64,000 nucleotides of DNA, taken from Eledone cirrhosa (Eukaryota). Of this stretch, positions 1-12,620 are shown piece by piece (the stretch's first letter is position 1; each line of letters begins with the position of its first letter). Location of the stretch: assembly GCA_964016885.1 (NCBI GenBank), contig OZ024742.1:68510001-68574000 (forward strand). The letters run 5' to 3'. The notes beneath the pieces are model-generated. The model was not told the DNA's origin, ran no database searches, and saw only the letters and a list, made by a program, of their open reading frames with translations. A program made the translations under genes and the position numbers.

Positions 1-1243
1 TAGTGAGACCCATATACATATAATTAATTTTGAAGTCCGACTCTTCTTATAGATTGTCCAGGTGTGGCACTCCATATTAGATTGTAATCATCATGATATG
101 AACTCCTTTAGTACTTATTAATAGACTCCACTCTAATTTGTAAATAAGAAACCTAATTTAATTTATATATGAGATGGGAGTTTATGTATTGCTTGATGGC
201 CAGACTAGTGTCTTTACATGAGAGGATTGATCCCCAGATTACCCAGAGGATATTCAAATTGGCCAACGATTCAGACATATAACGACCCAGAGCTTACCGG
301 CAGTCATATATAATAATAGGACCCTGCCAGGTTCTGCGGGTGGAATACACTTACAAAGAACATTGATTTGTGAGTCTGACTATTCTTATAGAATGTTCAG
401 ATATGACACCCCTTAATAGAAGGTAATCATCCTGATATATACACCTTTAGTACTTCTTAATAGACAACACTGTTACCTATAGATAAGTAACCTAATCTAG
501 AAATTAGTTATAGCATCATATGATAGGCACTTTTTTGAAACACCATTAGTGTAATTAGGATAATAAATTTAACTAAGAAAACCAGCTAGTTACCTCCCCT
601 TACGCATTAACTCCCCTTGGTCACGCACACACTTCCGGAGTATAATATCATCACACAAAACTAAACAACATGACCTATTGATTAAGAATCGACAAGATAT
701 GGTTTATAACTTGGTTATATACTGAACCATCATGGATTGTATGATAGACCCGTGGTCTACATATTGCGTCTCATGGATTATGTGAGTGGTGGTGTGCGCG
801 GGGACAGTGGTACTGTTTTGCCTACGCTATAATATGTTTTATAATAAGTTTGATATTATTGATATTTTGGTGTTTCTCTACACTCGGGATTGTATACCAT
901 ACAGGTGTATGCGAAAAAATGATTTAACAATTCAGCCCACATAATACTCTCGATTGCCTGCTTCAACTGCCTGATCCTGCAACTAACAATCTGCCGCACT
1001 CTAACCCCGTGAGATTGTTTCATACACTGACTACTCTAAACTTTCCTCTCGCTTTATCTTCATAAACTGCCAATGTTTCAGTTTCATTTTCATTTTCATT
1101 TTCATTTTCATTTTCATTTTTATTTTTAACCTTTATATGTAAATTGCCATGCTATATCATTTTGATGTGGGTCAATATATGCATGTCTTTATATGTCTCT
1201 TGTGTTGAAAAGGAGGTCAAGTATGTTATAGATCACTAAATTG

Positions 1244-1292
1244 TTGCTCCGAAGAATCCAAACCTCGGTTTGGAGGAAACAATTGTAAGCAA
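1244..1292 (+). ncRNA. Minimal type I hammerhead ribozyme motif (Penelope-type), core variant CCGAAGA
   Basis: Stem I ttgct/agcaa; core ccgaaga (U4>C); stem II tccaaac-ctcg-gtttgga; GAAA; palindromic stem III caattg; GUA cleavage triplet. Confidence 0.6.
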
Positions 1293-1564
1293 ATAAATGA
1301 TTTAAACTGAACTTTGATTATTGTAATCTCTATATAACTGCTCTGTAAAACAACTGATGTTATTACATTGAGCTATTTATCTTACTGGTAATAAGATAGT
1401 AATAAATGACTATCTTTCACTATTTGGGGTTTGTATAAAAAATATATAACCATAAAAGGTTTTATTATATACATAACCATAAATAGTATCCTTAATACTA
1501 TATATATATATATATATATATACATATACATTTTTTTTAATTATCGCTCTACATGGCTGAATAC

Positions 1565-1894
1565 AATAAATGTAATCTGAGTTTTTTGAATATTAATAAT
1601 AATATTCGATTCGTTTACAATATTGCAAACAGGTTCTTTTTAAAGCCATATCAGTAGAATGAGCCCCCTCATTCTTGCTCTAATGTTGGCATGTAAACAG
1701 TTGTGTTTACCTGCCAAAAATAAAAAAAGAGGCTGTTTGCATAATTGCAAACGAATCGAATATTATTATTCAATTGCCTTTCATCCTTACGGGGTCGATA
1801 AAATAAAGTACCAGTAATGCACTGGGTAATTGCTGGCCTTGTGCCTAAAGTAGAAACAATTATTAATATTCGAAAAACTCAGATTACATTTATT
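1565..1894. repeat. Imperfect inverted repeat between (TA)n tracts, right arm interrupted by a SINE fragment
   Basis: aataaatgtaatctgagtttt...gattcgtttacaa..tgcaaacag (1565-1635) is mirrored by ctgtttgca..aacgaatcgaatattatt and ttcgaaaaactcagattacatttatt. Confidence 0.7.
1775..1860 (+). mobile_element. 5'-truncated tRNA SINE (octopus OK-like) 3' part
   Basis: ttgcctttcatccttacggggtcgataaaataaagtacc...gtagaaacaat is near-identical to 11439-11521 and 14143-14227. Confidence 0.8.
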
Positions 1895-1911
1895 ATATAC
1901 ATATATATATA

Positions 1912-2178
1912 AAGTCTAAAGTCTGTCTTAAGCTAGAAGGCTCATCAGGCCAGAGCTTATCCAGGTTCGGTTTCATAGCGTGAAGCGACTGAGAGTACAA
2001 GACTCCCCCCTGGACATGACGCCAGTCCATCGTAAGGTTAAACCCCAGCTATTGCTGGTACTCATTTCCAAAGGAGCATCGTGAAATGAGGTGTTTTGCT
2101 CAGCTCAGGAACACAACACGCAGCCCAGGAATCGAACCCATGACATTATGATCGTAAGTCCAAGACCACCTGCCTCCA
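1912..2178 (-). mobile_element. tRNA-derived SINE2 with conserved central domain
   Basis: Minus strand has B-box-like ggttcgattcc, then gttgtgttcctgag..caaaaacac, typical of CORE/Nin-type SINE bodies. Confidence 0.65.
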
Positions 2179-2205
2179 CTATATAGAGAGAAAGAGAGAT
2201 GTAAA

Positions 2206-2269
2206 CATAGAGATATGTGTTCAATCATAGGGAATTTAAATCTCCTATGATTGAACACATATCTCTATG
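2206..2269. repeat. Palindrome with 26-bp perfect arms
   Basis: catagagatatgtgttcaatcatagg / cctatgattgaacacatatctctatg with a 12-nt spacer. Confidence 0.9.
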
Positions 2270-2513
2270 AGTCTTTAACTCCACGTTTTAATTGGATATA
2301 TATTTATATTTTCGTTGTTGTGGTGGCTTTTGTGGCATTCTTTACCTAGCCGCAGTTTTCAATTCACATCTTTAACGTATGTTTATTACTCTGAGATTTG
2401 ACTTAAAGATTTATCGATATCATCTTATTGAGTGCTCGTGCATGCCTTTGAGGATTATTCTTTCGAGAGATGCTAGCCGTAGCTGCAACTTCGATTTTAC
2501 TCACTATCGTTGT

Positions 2514-2920
<407 letters not shown>

Positions 2921-3335
2921 GTCAGGTCGCTCTCGAGTGCTACTGGTAACATGTAACCCCGTACAACCTGTCTCATTGTCGGATCGTCGGCGACTAAAGC
3001 GGCAACCCCACCAAGCATGCTTGGTGAGGAAGATGATATTTGGACACCCTGCAAGATGAAATACAAGACCCGGCAAAGGGCGGAGAAACTCAACAGTGTC
3101 AACAGCCATTCAAATAGTACTTTTTTTTTCACCTGGAAGTGAAAGGCCCCCAGTTGTTGTCACAATACCTTTCTAAGAGAAGGAAACTCTGAAAAAATAA
3201 ACCTGCGGCTTCGGAAGCATCCGATGATGTTGACCAGTTCTCCTTTTCGGGTAGTGTTTGCGATGCTCTAAGAGTGGGATTGGTCGAGTGCAAGACCTTT
3301 CCACACTTAAAAAACCTTCAAAGCACAGGCATTGC
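2921..3335 (+). mobile_element. Diverged relative of the 608-bp RTE-derived non-autonomous element (head plus core)
   Basis: Starts gtcaggtc, shares ggcgactaaa, caccaag..cttggtgagga, agaaggaaactctga, gatgatgttgac and cacaggcattgc with the 608-bp element. Confidence 0.8.
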
Positions 3336-3710
3336 TTGTTTAGGATCTGTTACAGATTTGTGTGACTGGCCGTAGCCTAAAGGTGCACCAAACACTAATC
3401 TGCCGACCTCGCAAAAGCTCTATATCTTTATGATGTATTGTTTTTGTTTATGCCACGAAACTACGTAGTCGAGGAATCTAGGAGCAGTTTAGGTATGATA
3501 CATTTTATTACTAATTATATCTAAATGTTTCTTCTCTCTTCATAATGTATTTTTAACTCTGATACTGGTTCAGTCTAATTCAACCGGATTGGTCTGTCCC
3601 AGTCATTCATTGAGCAACATCGGTAAGGTTGGCACCATTAACTCACGGTTGGGTGTGGATGCATTCATGTATATGTGTGTGTCCGCACGTATTTGTGTGT
3701 TTCTAAATAT

Positions 3711-3763
<53 letters not shown>

Positions 3764-3791
3764 GGGACTATTTTCCTATATATATATATAT

Positions 3792-3989
3792 ATAGGAAAA
3801 TAGTCAGGACCCCCACGGCAGAGCTCAAGCGTTTCGACAGCTGGACGAGTCCAGAAATAGCTGTCGAAACGGCTTGAGCTCTGCCGTCGGGATCCTGATT
3901 ATTTTCCTATTACCCACTCTACTACCCAAAGTATCGAGTACTCTGGTGCGTTATGGTCCACCTGGTTCCTTAACACACTTCCTTCATTA
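3792..3989 (+). mobile_element. Penelope-like terminal fragment with fold-back palindrome (3792-3910) containing a hammerhead 3' half
   Basis: GAAA-cggc..gccg-TC at 3866-3888; homologous to 32053-32266 (opposite strand); flanked by (TA)n. Confidence 0.6.
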
Positions 3990-4066
3990 TACATACATAC
4001 ATACATACATACATACATACATACATACATACATACATACATACATACATACATACATACATACAT

Positions 4067-4677
4067 GGTGGTGGCTGCCAACTCGTTTTCGAGTACGGCC
4101 ACTACTTTATATACATGTAGGAGAACCTCTACCGAAGCGCTGAACGAGTGTGACTTTTGAGTCCAGCCAGCGACTTGAAAACTCTGGTACAAACACTACA
4201 CTTGTGACAATTATTCACACATAGTGCTGGGCCCATGGTGCCATGTGACAACAAGTGCAGAGAGATCTCCAGATATAAAGCAATGCCTGTGCCGTGAAGC
4301 TTTTATAGTGAGCAAAGGCACTGAACAAAGCCAGTCCCACTCTCTTAACCAAGATGATATTTACCAAAAAGAAGAAAAAGTCAACATCATTGGATACCAT
4401 CAGGGTTGCAGGTGTTATATCAAAGTTTTCCTTCTCCTAGAATTCTGCCTTGACAAAAGCTAAGGGGTCATCTCTCCCGGTGATTTTGGATGGCCATTGA
4501 CTCTTAAGAGTTCCTTTGCTCTTTGACAGGTTTTGTTTTTAGTCCTGCAGGATGTCCAAAGTCACCCTCCTCACCAAGAAACCTTGGTGGGGTTGCCAGT
4601 TTAGTCGCCAACAACCCGACCATGAGACAGGTTGTACTGGGATACATGTTACCAGTAGCACCAACTGGTGACCTGAC
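4067..4677 (-). mobile_element. 608-bp RTE-derived non-autonomous retroelement, copy 1, in (TACA)n
   Basis: Near-identical to copies 2, 3 and 5; RTE-like 5' motif ctaggagaaggaaaact; 3' hairpin and (ATGT)n tail. Confidence 0.85.
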
Positions 4678-4727
4678 ATACATACATACATACATACATA
4701 CATACATACATACATACATACATACAT

Positions 4728-5335
4728 GGTGGCTGCCAACTCGTTTTCGAGTACGGCCACTACTTTATATCCATATAGGAGAACTTCTACCGATGCGCTG
4801 AACGAGTGTGACTTTTTAGTCCAACCAGCGACTTGTAAACTCTGGTACAAATACTACACTTGTGACAATTATTGACACATAGTGCTGGGCCCATGGTACC
4901 ATGTGATGACAAGTGCAGAGAGATCTCCAGATATAAAGCAATGCCTGTGCCGTGAAGCTTTTATAGTGAGCAAAGGCACTGCACAAAGCCAGTCCCACTT
5001 TCTTAACCAAGATGATATTTACCAAAAAGAAGAACAAGTCAACATCATTGGATACCATCAGGGTTGCAGGTGTTATATCAGAGTATTCCTTCTCCTAGAA
5101 TTCTGCCTTGACAAAGGCTAAGGGGTCATCTCTCCCGGTGATTTTGGATGGCCATTGACTCTTAAGAGCTCCTTTGCCCTTTGACAGGTTTTGTTTTTAG
5201 TCCTGCAGGATGTCCAAAGTCACCCTCCTCACCAAGAAACCTTGGTGGGGTTGCCAGTTTAGTCGCCAAGAACTCGACCATGGGACAGGTTGTACTGGGA
5301 TACATGTTACCAGTAGCACCAACTGGTGACCTGAC
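4728..5335 (-). mobile_element. 608-bp RTE-derived non-autonomous retroelement, copy 2
   Basis: Same ends and length as copies 3 and 5; flanked by (TACA)n. Confidence 0.85.
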
Positions 5336-5406
5336 ATAACATACATACATACATACATACATACATACATAGATACATACATACATACATACATGCATAC
5401 ATACAT

Positions 5407-6014
5407 GGTGGCTGCCAACTCGTTTTCGAGTACGGCCACTACTTTATATCCATGTAGGAGAACCCCTACCGATGCGCTGAACGAGTGTGACTTTTGAGTC
5501 CAGCCAGCGACTTGGAAACTCCGGTACAAACACTACACTTGTGACAATTATTGACACATAGTGCTGGGCCCATGGTACCATATGACGACAAGTACAGAGA
5601 GATCTCCAGATATAAAGCAATGCCTGTGCCGTGAAGCTTTTATAGTGAGCAAAGGCACTGCTCAAAGCCAGTCACACTCTCTTAACCAAGATGATATTTA
5701 CCAAAAAGAAGAACAAGTCAACATTATTGGATACCATCAGGGTTGCAAGTGTTATATCAGAGTTTTCCTTCTCCAAGAATTCTGCATTGACAAAGGCTAA
5801 GGGGTCATCTCTCCCGACGATTTTGGATGGCCATTGACTCTTAAGAGCTCCTTTGCCCTTTGACAGGTTTTGTTTTTAGTCCTGCAGGATGTCCAAAGTC
5901 ACCCTCCTCACCAAGAAACCTTGGTGGGGTTGCCAGTTTAGTCGCCAACGACCCGACCATGAGACAGGTTGTACTGGGATACATGTTACCAGTAGCACCA
6001 ACTGGTGACCTGAC
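5407..6014 (-). mobile_element. 608-bp RTE-derived non-autonomous retroelement, copy 3
   Basis: Same ends and length as copies 2 and 5; flanked by (TACA)n. Confidence 0.85.
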
Positions 6015-6126
6015 ATACATACATACATACATACATACATACATACATACATACATACATACATACATACATACATACATACATACATACATACATACAT
6101 ACATACATACATACATACATACATAC

Positions 6127-8467
6127 TGGTCCCCAAGAACAAAGACACTCACTTGACAAAAAACTACCGACCCATTGCATGCCAGAACCTATTCCTCCAA
6201 GATCACTGTGAAAATAATAACATCATCACAGATGAACAAGAAGCTGGAAAGAAAGGGGTTTGGGGATGTGCTGAACAACTCCTAATCAACAAAACTGCGA
6301 TGTCGGAGGTGCGACAACTTAGGAGGAATATGACTACAGTCTGGCTGGACTATAGGAAAACTTTCGATTCTGTTCCCCACTCTTGGATGATAGAATCCCT
6401 CCAACTTGCTAAAGTCCCAGACATAATTGTCAGAGCCATAGAGAGGCTGTCTTCTTCTTGGGCTACTATCCTAAGGTTTAAAACAGAGAGGGGGGACTAT
6501 ATTTTCACTGATAAAATAAAATATCGCAGGGGTATATTTCAGGGGGACAGTCTCTTTGTGATATTGTTCATCTTGTCATTAAACCCCTTGTCGTTTCTGC
6601 TCAAGAAATGTGAGGGATACATCATTGGCTCACAGGAGGACAGAAATGCGAACCTAACCCATAACTTCTTTGTGGACGATCTGAAACTCTATGCCAAGAA
6701 CATGGATGGGATGAAGAAAAGTCTTGACCTGGTTACGACGTTCTCAAAGGATGTAGGAATGGAGTTTGGCCAAGATAAATGCTCATACATGACTGTAAAG
6801 CGGGGAAAAACAACAACCCAATCTAGCAACATTGTCATCAATGGTCTAACTGTTTCACCGATATCTGATGAGGACTGCTACAGATACCTGGGGATAGATG
6901 AGACCATATCCTATAATGGTATCTGTAATAACGAACGCGTAACCAGGGAATACTACACCCGATTAAGAAAGATCTGGTCATCGGAACTCTCTGCGCAAAA
7001 CAAAACAGTGGCTCACAATGTGTTTGCTGTGCCTGTCCTACCACCAACGTTTGGAATACTCGATTGGACGATAGACGAAATCCGAGCAGTTGATGTTGGA
7101 ACTCGAAAAATACTGAACAACACCGGAAACTTCCACATCAACAGTGACATAGACCGCCTTTACTTGAAACGTAAGCAGGACGGCAGAGGCCTAACATCAG
7201 TCCAGACAACATTTGAATGTCGCATCATATCTCTCCGACAACATATACGAACCTCGAATCGTAGGAGCCCGTCTCTCGAGCAAGTCTATCTGCATGAAAC
7301 AGATAAGATCATGAGAGTTGGGAAGTAACTCCTTGAGAGATATTCCCTGTGTGATAATCAAAAACTCACACCCAGGGATGTCGCTCAGCAGTATCGCAGT
7401 GAATCCATGGATGAAAAACTGCATGCCTATTAGCAAAAAATCATGCATGGATATGTTGCCAGGAAGCTCCAGAGTGAGAGTAATATAGATAAGGAAAGTA
7501 GTCTATCTTGGACCAACAACCGCTATATTGGCTCCCATTTTGAAAGATACGCTTTTACAATCCAAGAACAGGAGATTAGCACGAAATACCTGATTCACAA
7601 AAGAGATAGGGATGCAGGCAAAACACCTAGATGTGATAACAAGTGCAGACTCTGCAGAACTAACATCGAGGATATCACCTATGTCATCAGCAGCTGTCCA
7701 AAGATGTCATCACGGTACTATCTACCTATGAGGCATGATGTAGTGGCCAAAACACTGTACAATGCAGTTTGTAAAAAAGATAGCCCCGATAATAAACACA
7801 TTAAAAGCTACAACAATGTGGAAGACATCCATGTACATAATAGGAAAGAGTACTGGTGGAATGTTCCAGTAAAAACCTCAATAAAATGCAGGCATAACAG
7901 ACCAGATATTATGATATGGGACAGGGAGAAGAAAACATGCACAGTAGTGGAAATTAGCTGCCCAGCAGATGCCAATATAATATCAAAGATTAGTGAAAAA
8001 GAGAATATTTATGCAGAACTAATGAGAAATCTGCAGATACTCCACTTTGATTACACCTTCAGATTTATGCCTGTGATTATTGGGGCACTGGGGTATGTTA
8101 GTAACTGCCTCAATACAAATCTTGAGAAGCTGGGCTTCACAGGAACAGAAAGAACACAACTAGTTAGGAAACTACAAGTACAATCCATTAATGGAACAGT
8201 AAAAATATGTAAAACATTCCAAAAATGTTGCATCTAATAACTGCATATACACATGTACAGATACAAAGCATATACACATGCACACATACAACTCAAAACA
8301 TACACATCCACACATACAATAACATCCATATCTACACATGCATGCATACATACATATCTACATAGTTGATGTTGTGTAAATTCCAATGAGAGAGTCTTGT
8401 GTCTATGTTAGAAACCGACTCTCTCTCTCTATTGGTAAAACTTTGTGAAATTATAAAACCAGAAGAA
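6127..8467 (+). mobile_element. 5'-truncated R4/Dong-clade non-LTR retrotransposon (family A) in (CATA)n
   Basis: RT, CCHC knuckle and restriction-like endonuclease motifs; 3' UTR ends directly in (CATA)n; 5' end also abuts (CATA)n. Confidence 0.9.
6153..8237 (+). pseudogene. Reverse transcriptase plus RLE endonuclease ORF broken by in-frame stops (7326, 7430)
   Basis: NYRPIAC, DYRKTFDSVPHSW, GIFQGDSL, FFVDDLKLY, YRYLG; CRLC..S.C, RHD, RPDI..WD..VEISCP. Confidence 0.9.
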
Positions 8468-8469
8468 CA

Positions 8470-8503
<34 letters not shown>

Positions 8504-8560
8504 CATACATACATACATACATACATACATACATACATACATACATACATACATACATAC

Positions 8561-8836
8561 AAGGTAGATGAGAGAAAAGTGCTTAATAAAAGATTCAGAC
8601 GAAACCAAACATCAGTCTATAGAGACATGAAGGGCAAAATAATAAGTGTCACTGAGGCCCCATCCCAGAAAGTCATAGATTCCTTTTGGAGAAAAATATG
8701 GAGTGAAAAGAAGAATTTCAACCAAGATACAGTGTGGCTAAGAGAAATCCGAAAGAACTATTGCTCCTAAGAACAAAGACACCCACTTGGCAAAAAACTA
8801 CCGACCCGTTGCATGCCTGAACCTGATGTATAAGAC
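8561..8836 (+). mobile_element. Internally deleted Dong/R4 fragment (pre-RT region joined to RT domain 1)
   Basis: ERKVLNKRFRRNQTSVYR..SFWRKIWS resembles family B 35610-35800; followed by PKNKDTHLAKNYRPVACLNLMYKTY. Confidence 0.75.
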
Positions 8837-8856
8837 ATACATACATACATATCATT

Positions 8857-9386
8857 GATATAATGATATGGGACAGGGAAAAGAAGGCATGCACAGCAGT
8901 GGAAGCCCAGCAGATGCCAATATAATATCAAAGATTAGCGAAAAGGAGAATATTTATGCAGAACTAATGTGAAATCTGCAGATACTCCACCTTGACTATA
9001 CCTTCAGATTTATGCCTGTGATTATTGAGGCACTGGGATATGTTAGTAACTGCCTGAATACAAATCTTGAGAAGCTGGGCTTCACAGAAACAGAAAGAAC
9101 ACAACTAGTTAGGAAATTACAAGTACAATCCATTAATGGAACAGTAAAAATATGTAAAACATTCCAAAAATGTTGCATCTTATAACTGCATATAAACATG
9201 TACAGATACAAAACATATACACATGCACAGATACAACTCAAAACATACACATCCAGACATACAATAACATCCACTACTACATATGCCTGCATGCATACAT
9301 ATCTACCTAGTTGATGTTGTGCAAATTCCAATGAGAGAGTCTTATAACTATTGGCAAAAATTTGTGAAATTATAAAACCAGAACAA
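8857..9386 (+). mobile_element. Short 5'-truncated Dong/R4 family A copy (RLE C-terminus plus 3' UTR)
   Basis: Highly similar to 7905-8467; ends in (CATA)n. Confidence 0.9.
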
Positions 9387-9409
9387 CATACATACATACA
9401 TACATACAT

Positions 9410-9695
9410 GGTGGCTGCCAACTCGTTTTCGAGTACGGCCACTACTTTATATCCATGTAGGAGAACCCCTACCGATGCGCTGAACGAGTGTGACTTTTTA
9501 GTCCAGCCAACGACTTGAAAACTCTGGTACAAACACTACACTTGTGACAATTATTGACACATAGTGCTGGGCCCATGGTACCATGTGACGACAAGTGCAG
9601 AGAGATCTCCAGATATAAAGCAATGCCTGTGCCGTGAAGCTTTTATAGTGAGCAAAGGCACTGCACAAAGCTAGTCCCACTCTCTTAACCAAGAT
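9410..9695 (-). mobile_element. 5'-truncated copy 4 of the 608-bp element
   Basis: Retains the 3' 286 bp on the minus strand; both ends in (TACA)n. Confidence 0.85.
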
Positions 9696-10940
9696 ACATA
9701 CATACATACATACATACATACATACATACATACATACATACATACATACATACATACATACATACATACATACATACATACATACATACATACATAAGAA
9801 TAAAATATTATGAATACTACTTCTTGAAGTATGGCGTGTATTATTCTACGTGTGAAATTCTTAATCTTTCGAAAAAGCACAGAGGTAAATGTACATGTGT
9901 GCGAGTGTAAATGTGCATGCATGTGAGTGCATGCTTCTGTATGCGTGTGTGTGTGTGTGTTTATGTACATTTGTCGATGAGAAAATCAGTGACCAGTACT
10001 TCTGAAACGAAGTCCCTGAGGTTATTTTTCTGTATTGAGTTACACAGACACTCTCTTGTCGCTTACAACGTCGGAAATACAATGATACTGAGATTGCAAA
10101 GATAGAAACCAATAAAGAATGACGTATAAAATTTGGAAAAACATAATTTTGAAAAGAAACGAAATGCAATGTCAGTGATAAAACACAAATCATTGATCTC
10201 TCAGTCCAATATCCGGTATCCTATCGATACACAATTTCCTTTTCTCAAGTATTATATATTTATTTATTTATTCAAATTAAACGTCCGTGGCAACCTTATC
10301 ACTTAGGATTTTAGAAACAATGATAGAGACGGGTGGGGGGTGGAGAAAGAAGAAAAGAAAGAGAGTTCAAAATGGAAAGAAAAGTACCAAAGATAAGAAA
10401 AAAGATGATAAACAACGATAACGATAGAGCATGTTGTTGAATCTTTTTGTAGCCATCATGTACTAGAGAAATCTTGTTCATGAATGGTAGATACTTGACA
10501 ACATATGTTCACCGTCATTTATGTACATGTACTTACTCTCGGGTCTCGAATAATCGCCCATACCCCAGCTTATTAATTTTTCAGATCCTCCCCTCCTACT
10601 CTTATTTCCCCACCACCACCACCACCCTGCTTATTAAATTTTGCTAATCTATCTCCGGCGAAATTTTATTTTAAGTGGTAGCATTCCTGCGACAATTGAT
10701 TTTTTTTATGCATCCCAAAATATTATACATGACAAAATAAGAACATTACTAGAAATCCAATGCATTATAAAATAAATAGGATAGATTGCGGTTTCAATAT
10801 GTAAACTAAATGACTAATTTGGGATTTTTAAAAAATCAACGGAGACAACCTAAAAAATGTGCCGAATTTCCAAACCCACCACAAACCCCACTCATGCTTA
10901 TACCAACTTCCCCTTCATTCTACCACACACACACACACAT

Positions 10941-11027
<87 letters not shown>

Positions 11028-11416
11028 ACACACTATTATTTGGAATCCGAGAGTATGTACAGTGTACATGTACATTGTACATGTTGGACATTGAGTCTAA
11101 GGGAGACAAGAACGATTGTAAGGGAGATAACTATTTTTTATATCAAGGGAAAATACTATTGAATAATTTGTACAAATTTGTTTATTAAACAATAGTTCAT
11201 AATCATTTAAGAGGTAGAATGTGGTGCATATCAGTTTGCTTTAAATTTACACAGATTTCGAAATTGACAGAGAGAAAGAGGAAAAGTGAGGCAGTAAAAG
11301 ATGGTGGGAGATAATGTGTGGGTTAAGAAAGAATGAAAGAAAGAGACATATGCAGATAGATAGAGAGACACGTGGGTGAATTTGAAGTAACATGTATGGA
11401 ATATTATTTTACACAA

Positions 11417-11521
11417 CAATCCCGCCGAGGTTAACTTTGCCTTTCATCCTTACGGGGTCGATAAAATAAAGTACCAGTAATGTACTGGGTAATTGATGGT
11501 CTTGTGCCAAAAGTAGAAACA
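11417..11521 (+). mobile_element. 5'-truncated OK-like SINE with 14-bp TSD
   Basis: TSD attattttacacaa at 11403-11416 and 11522-11535. Confidence 0.85.
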
Positions 11522-11899
11522 ATTATTTTACACAATTGCCAAATACAATATTTGAGAGTCACATACAATATAGTCATCTGTTAGCCCCCCGTTCTAATTC
11601 AGTAAAATCTCAGGGAAAAGTAAAGTATCACATGATCCACATGACAGGGGCAAAGTGTCTGAACACGGATGAGCCCAACTCCCATCGTCATCGCCCTCCC
11701 CATCTCTCTATATAGTGAGCAAATTGGGTCCCACGTGCAGGCCGCCCCATAGCCCGATTCGGTGATTTACTGAATATAATAAAACTATGGTTGTGGAATA
11801 CTATGCTTGTGCATAAAACTGGCACTCCATCGGTTACAACAACGATTGTTCCAGTTGATACAATCAGCAGACAGTCTGCTGGAGAAATTAACGTACAAG

Positions 11900-12123
11900 T
11901 CGCTCAGCATTCCACAGGCTCACTTAACGAAGTTCTCAGGGGGATTCAGCATATCACAGAAGGTGAAAAGTCTGGCCCTTCAGATAAAAGTCGTTTTTGC
12001 CAGCTGAGTGAACTGGAGCAACATGAAAAAAAGTGTCTTACTCAAAGACACAACGCACCGCCATGAATCGAAATTATGACCCTATGGTCGTGAAAGGAAT
12101 ACCCTAACCATTAAGCAACGTGC
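11900..12123 (-). mobile_element. Degenerate tRNA/CORE-like SINE
   Basis: ctgagtgaactggagcaac..gaaa..aagtgtctt.ctcaa.gacacaacgc is shared with 34085-34215 and, inverted, with 22850-22900. Confidence 0.6.
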
Positions 12124-12205
12124 TGTGCTTTTCTGTTTGTTCTGTTTGTATGTCTCCGTGGGTGTTTGTGGTGATTGATAAATATAGAGACATCAATATA
12201 TGTAT

Positions 12206-12620
<415 letters not shown>

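Noticed and set aside
30-500. Diverged ~340-bp-period duplication with faint GIY-YIG-like translation on the minus strand
   Set aside because: Too decayed to assign by eye.
4224-4463. 79-aa plus-strand ORF repeated in the 608-bp copies
   Set aside because: It has a GTG start, is antisense to the inferred transcript and shows no recognisable domain; conservation is explained by copy youth.
3990-6126. CRISPR-like or retron-like array next to a reverse transcriptase
   Set aside because: The units are near-identical 608-bp retroelements separated by microsatellite; there are no unique spacers or cas genes, and the RT is a eukaryotic non-LTR type.
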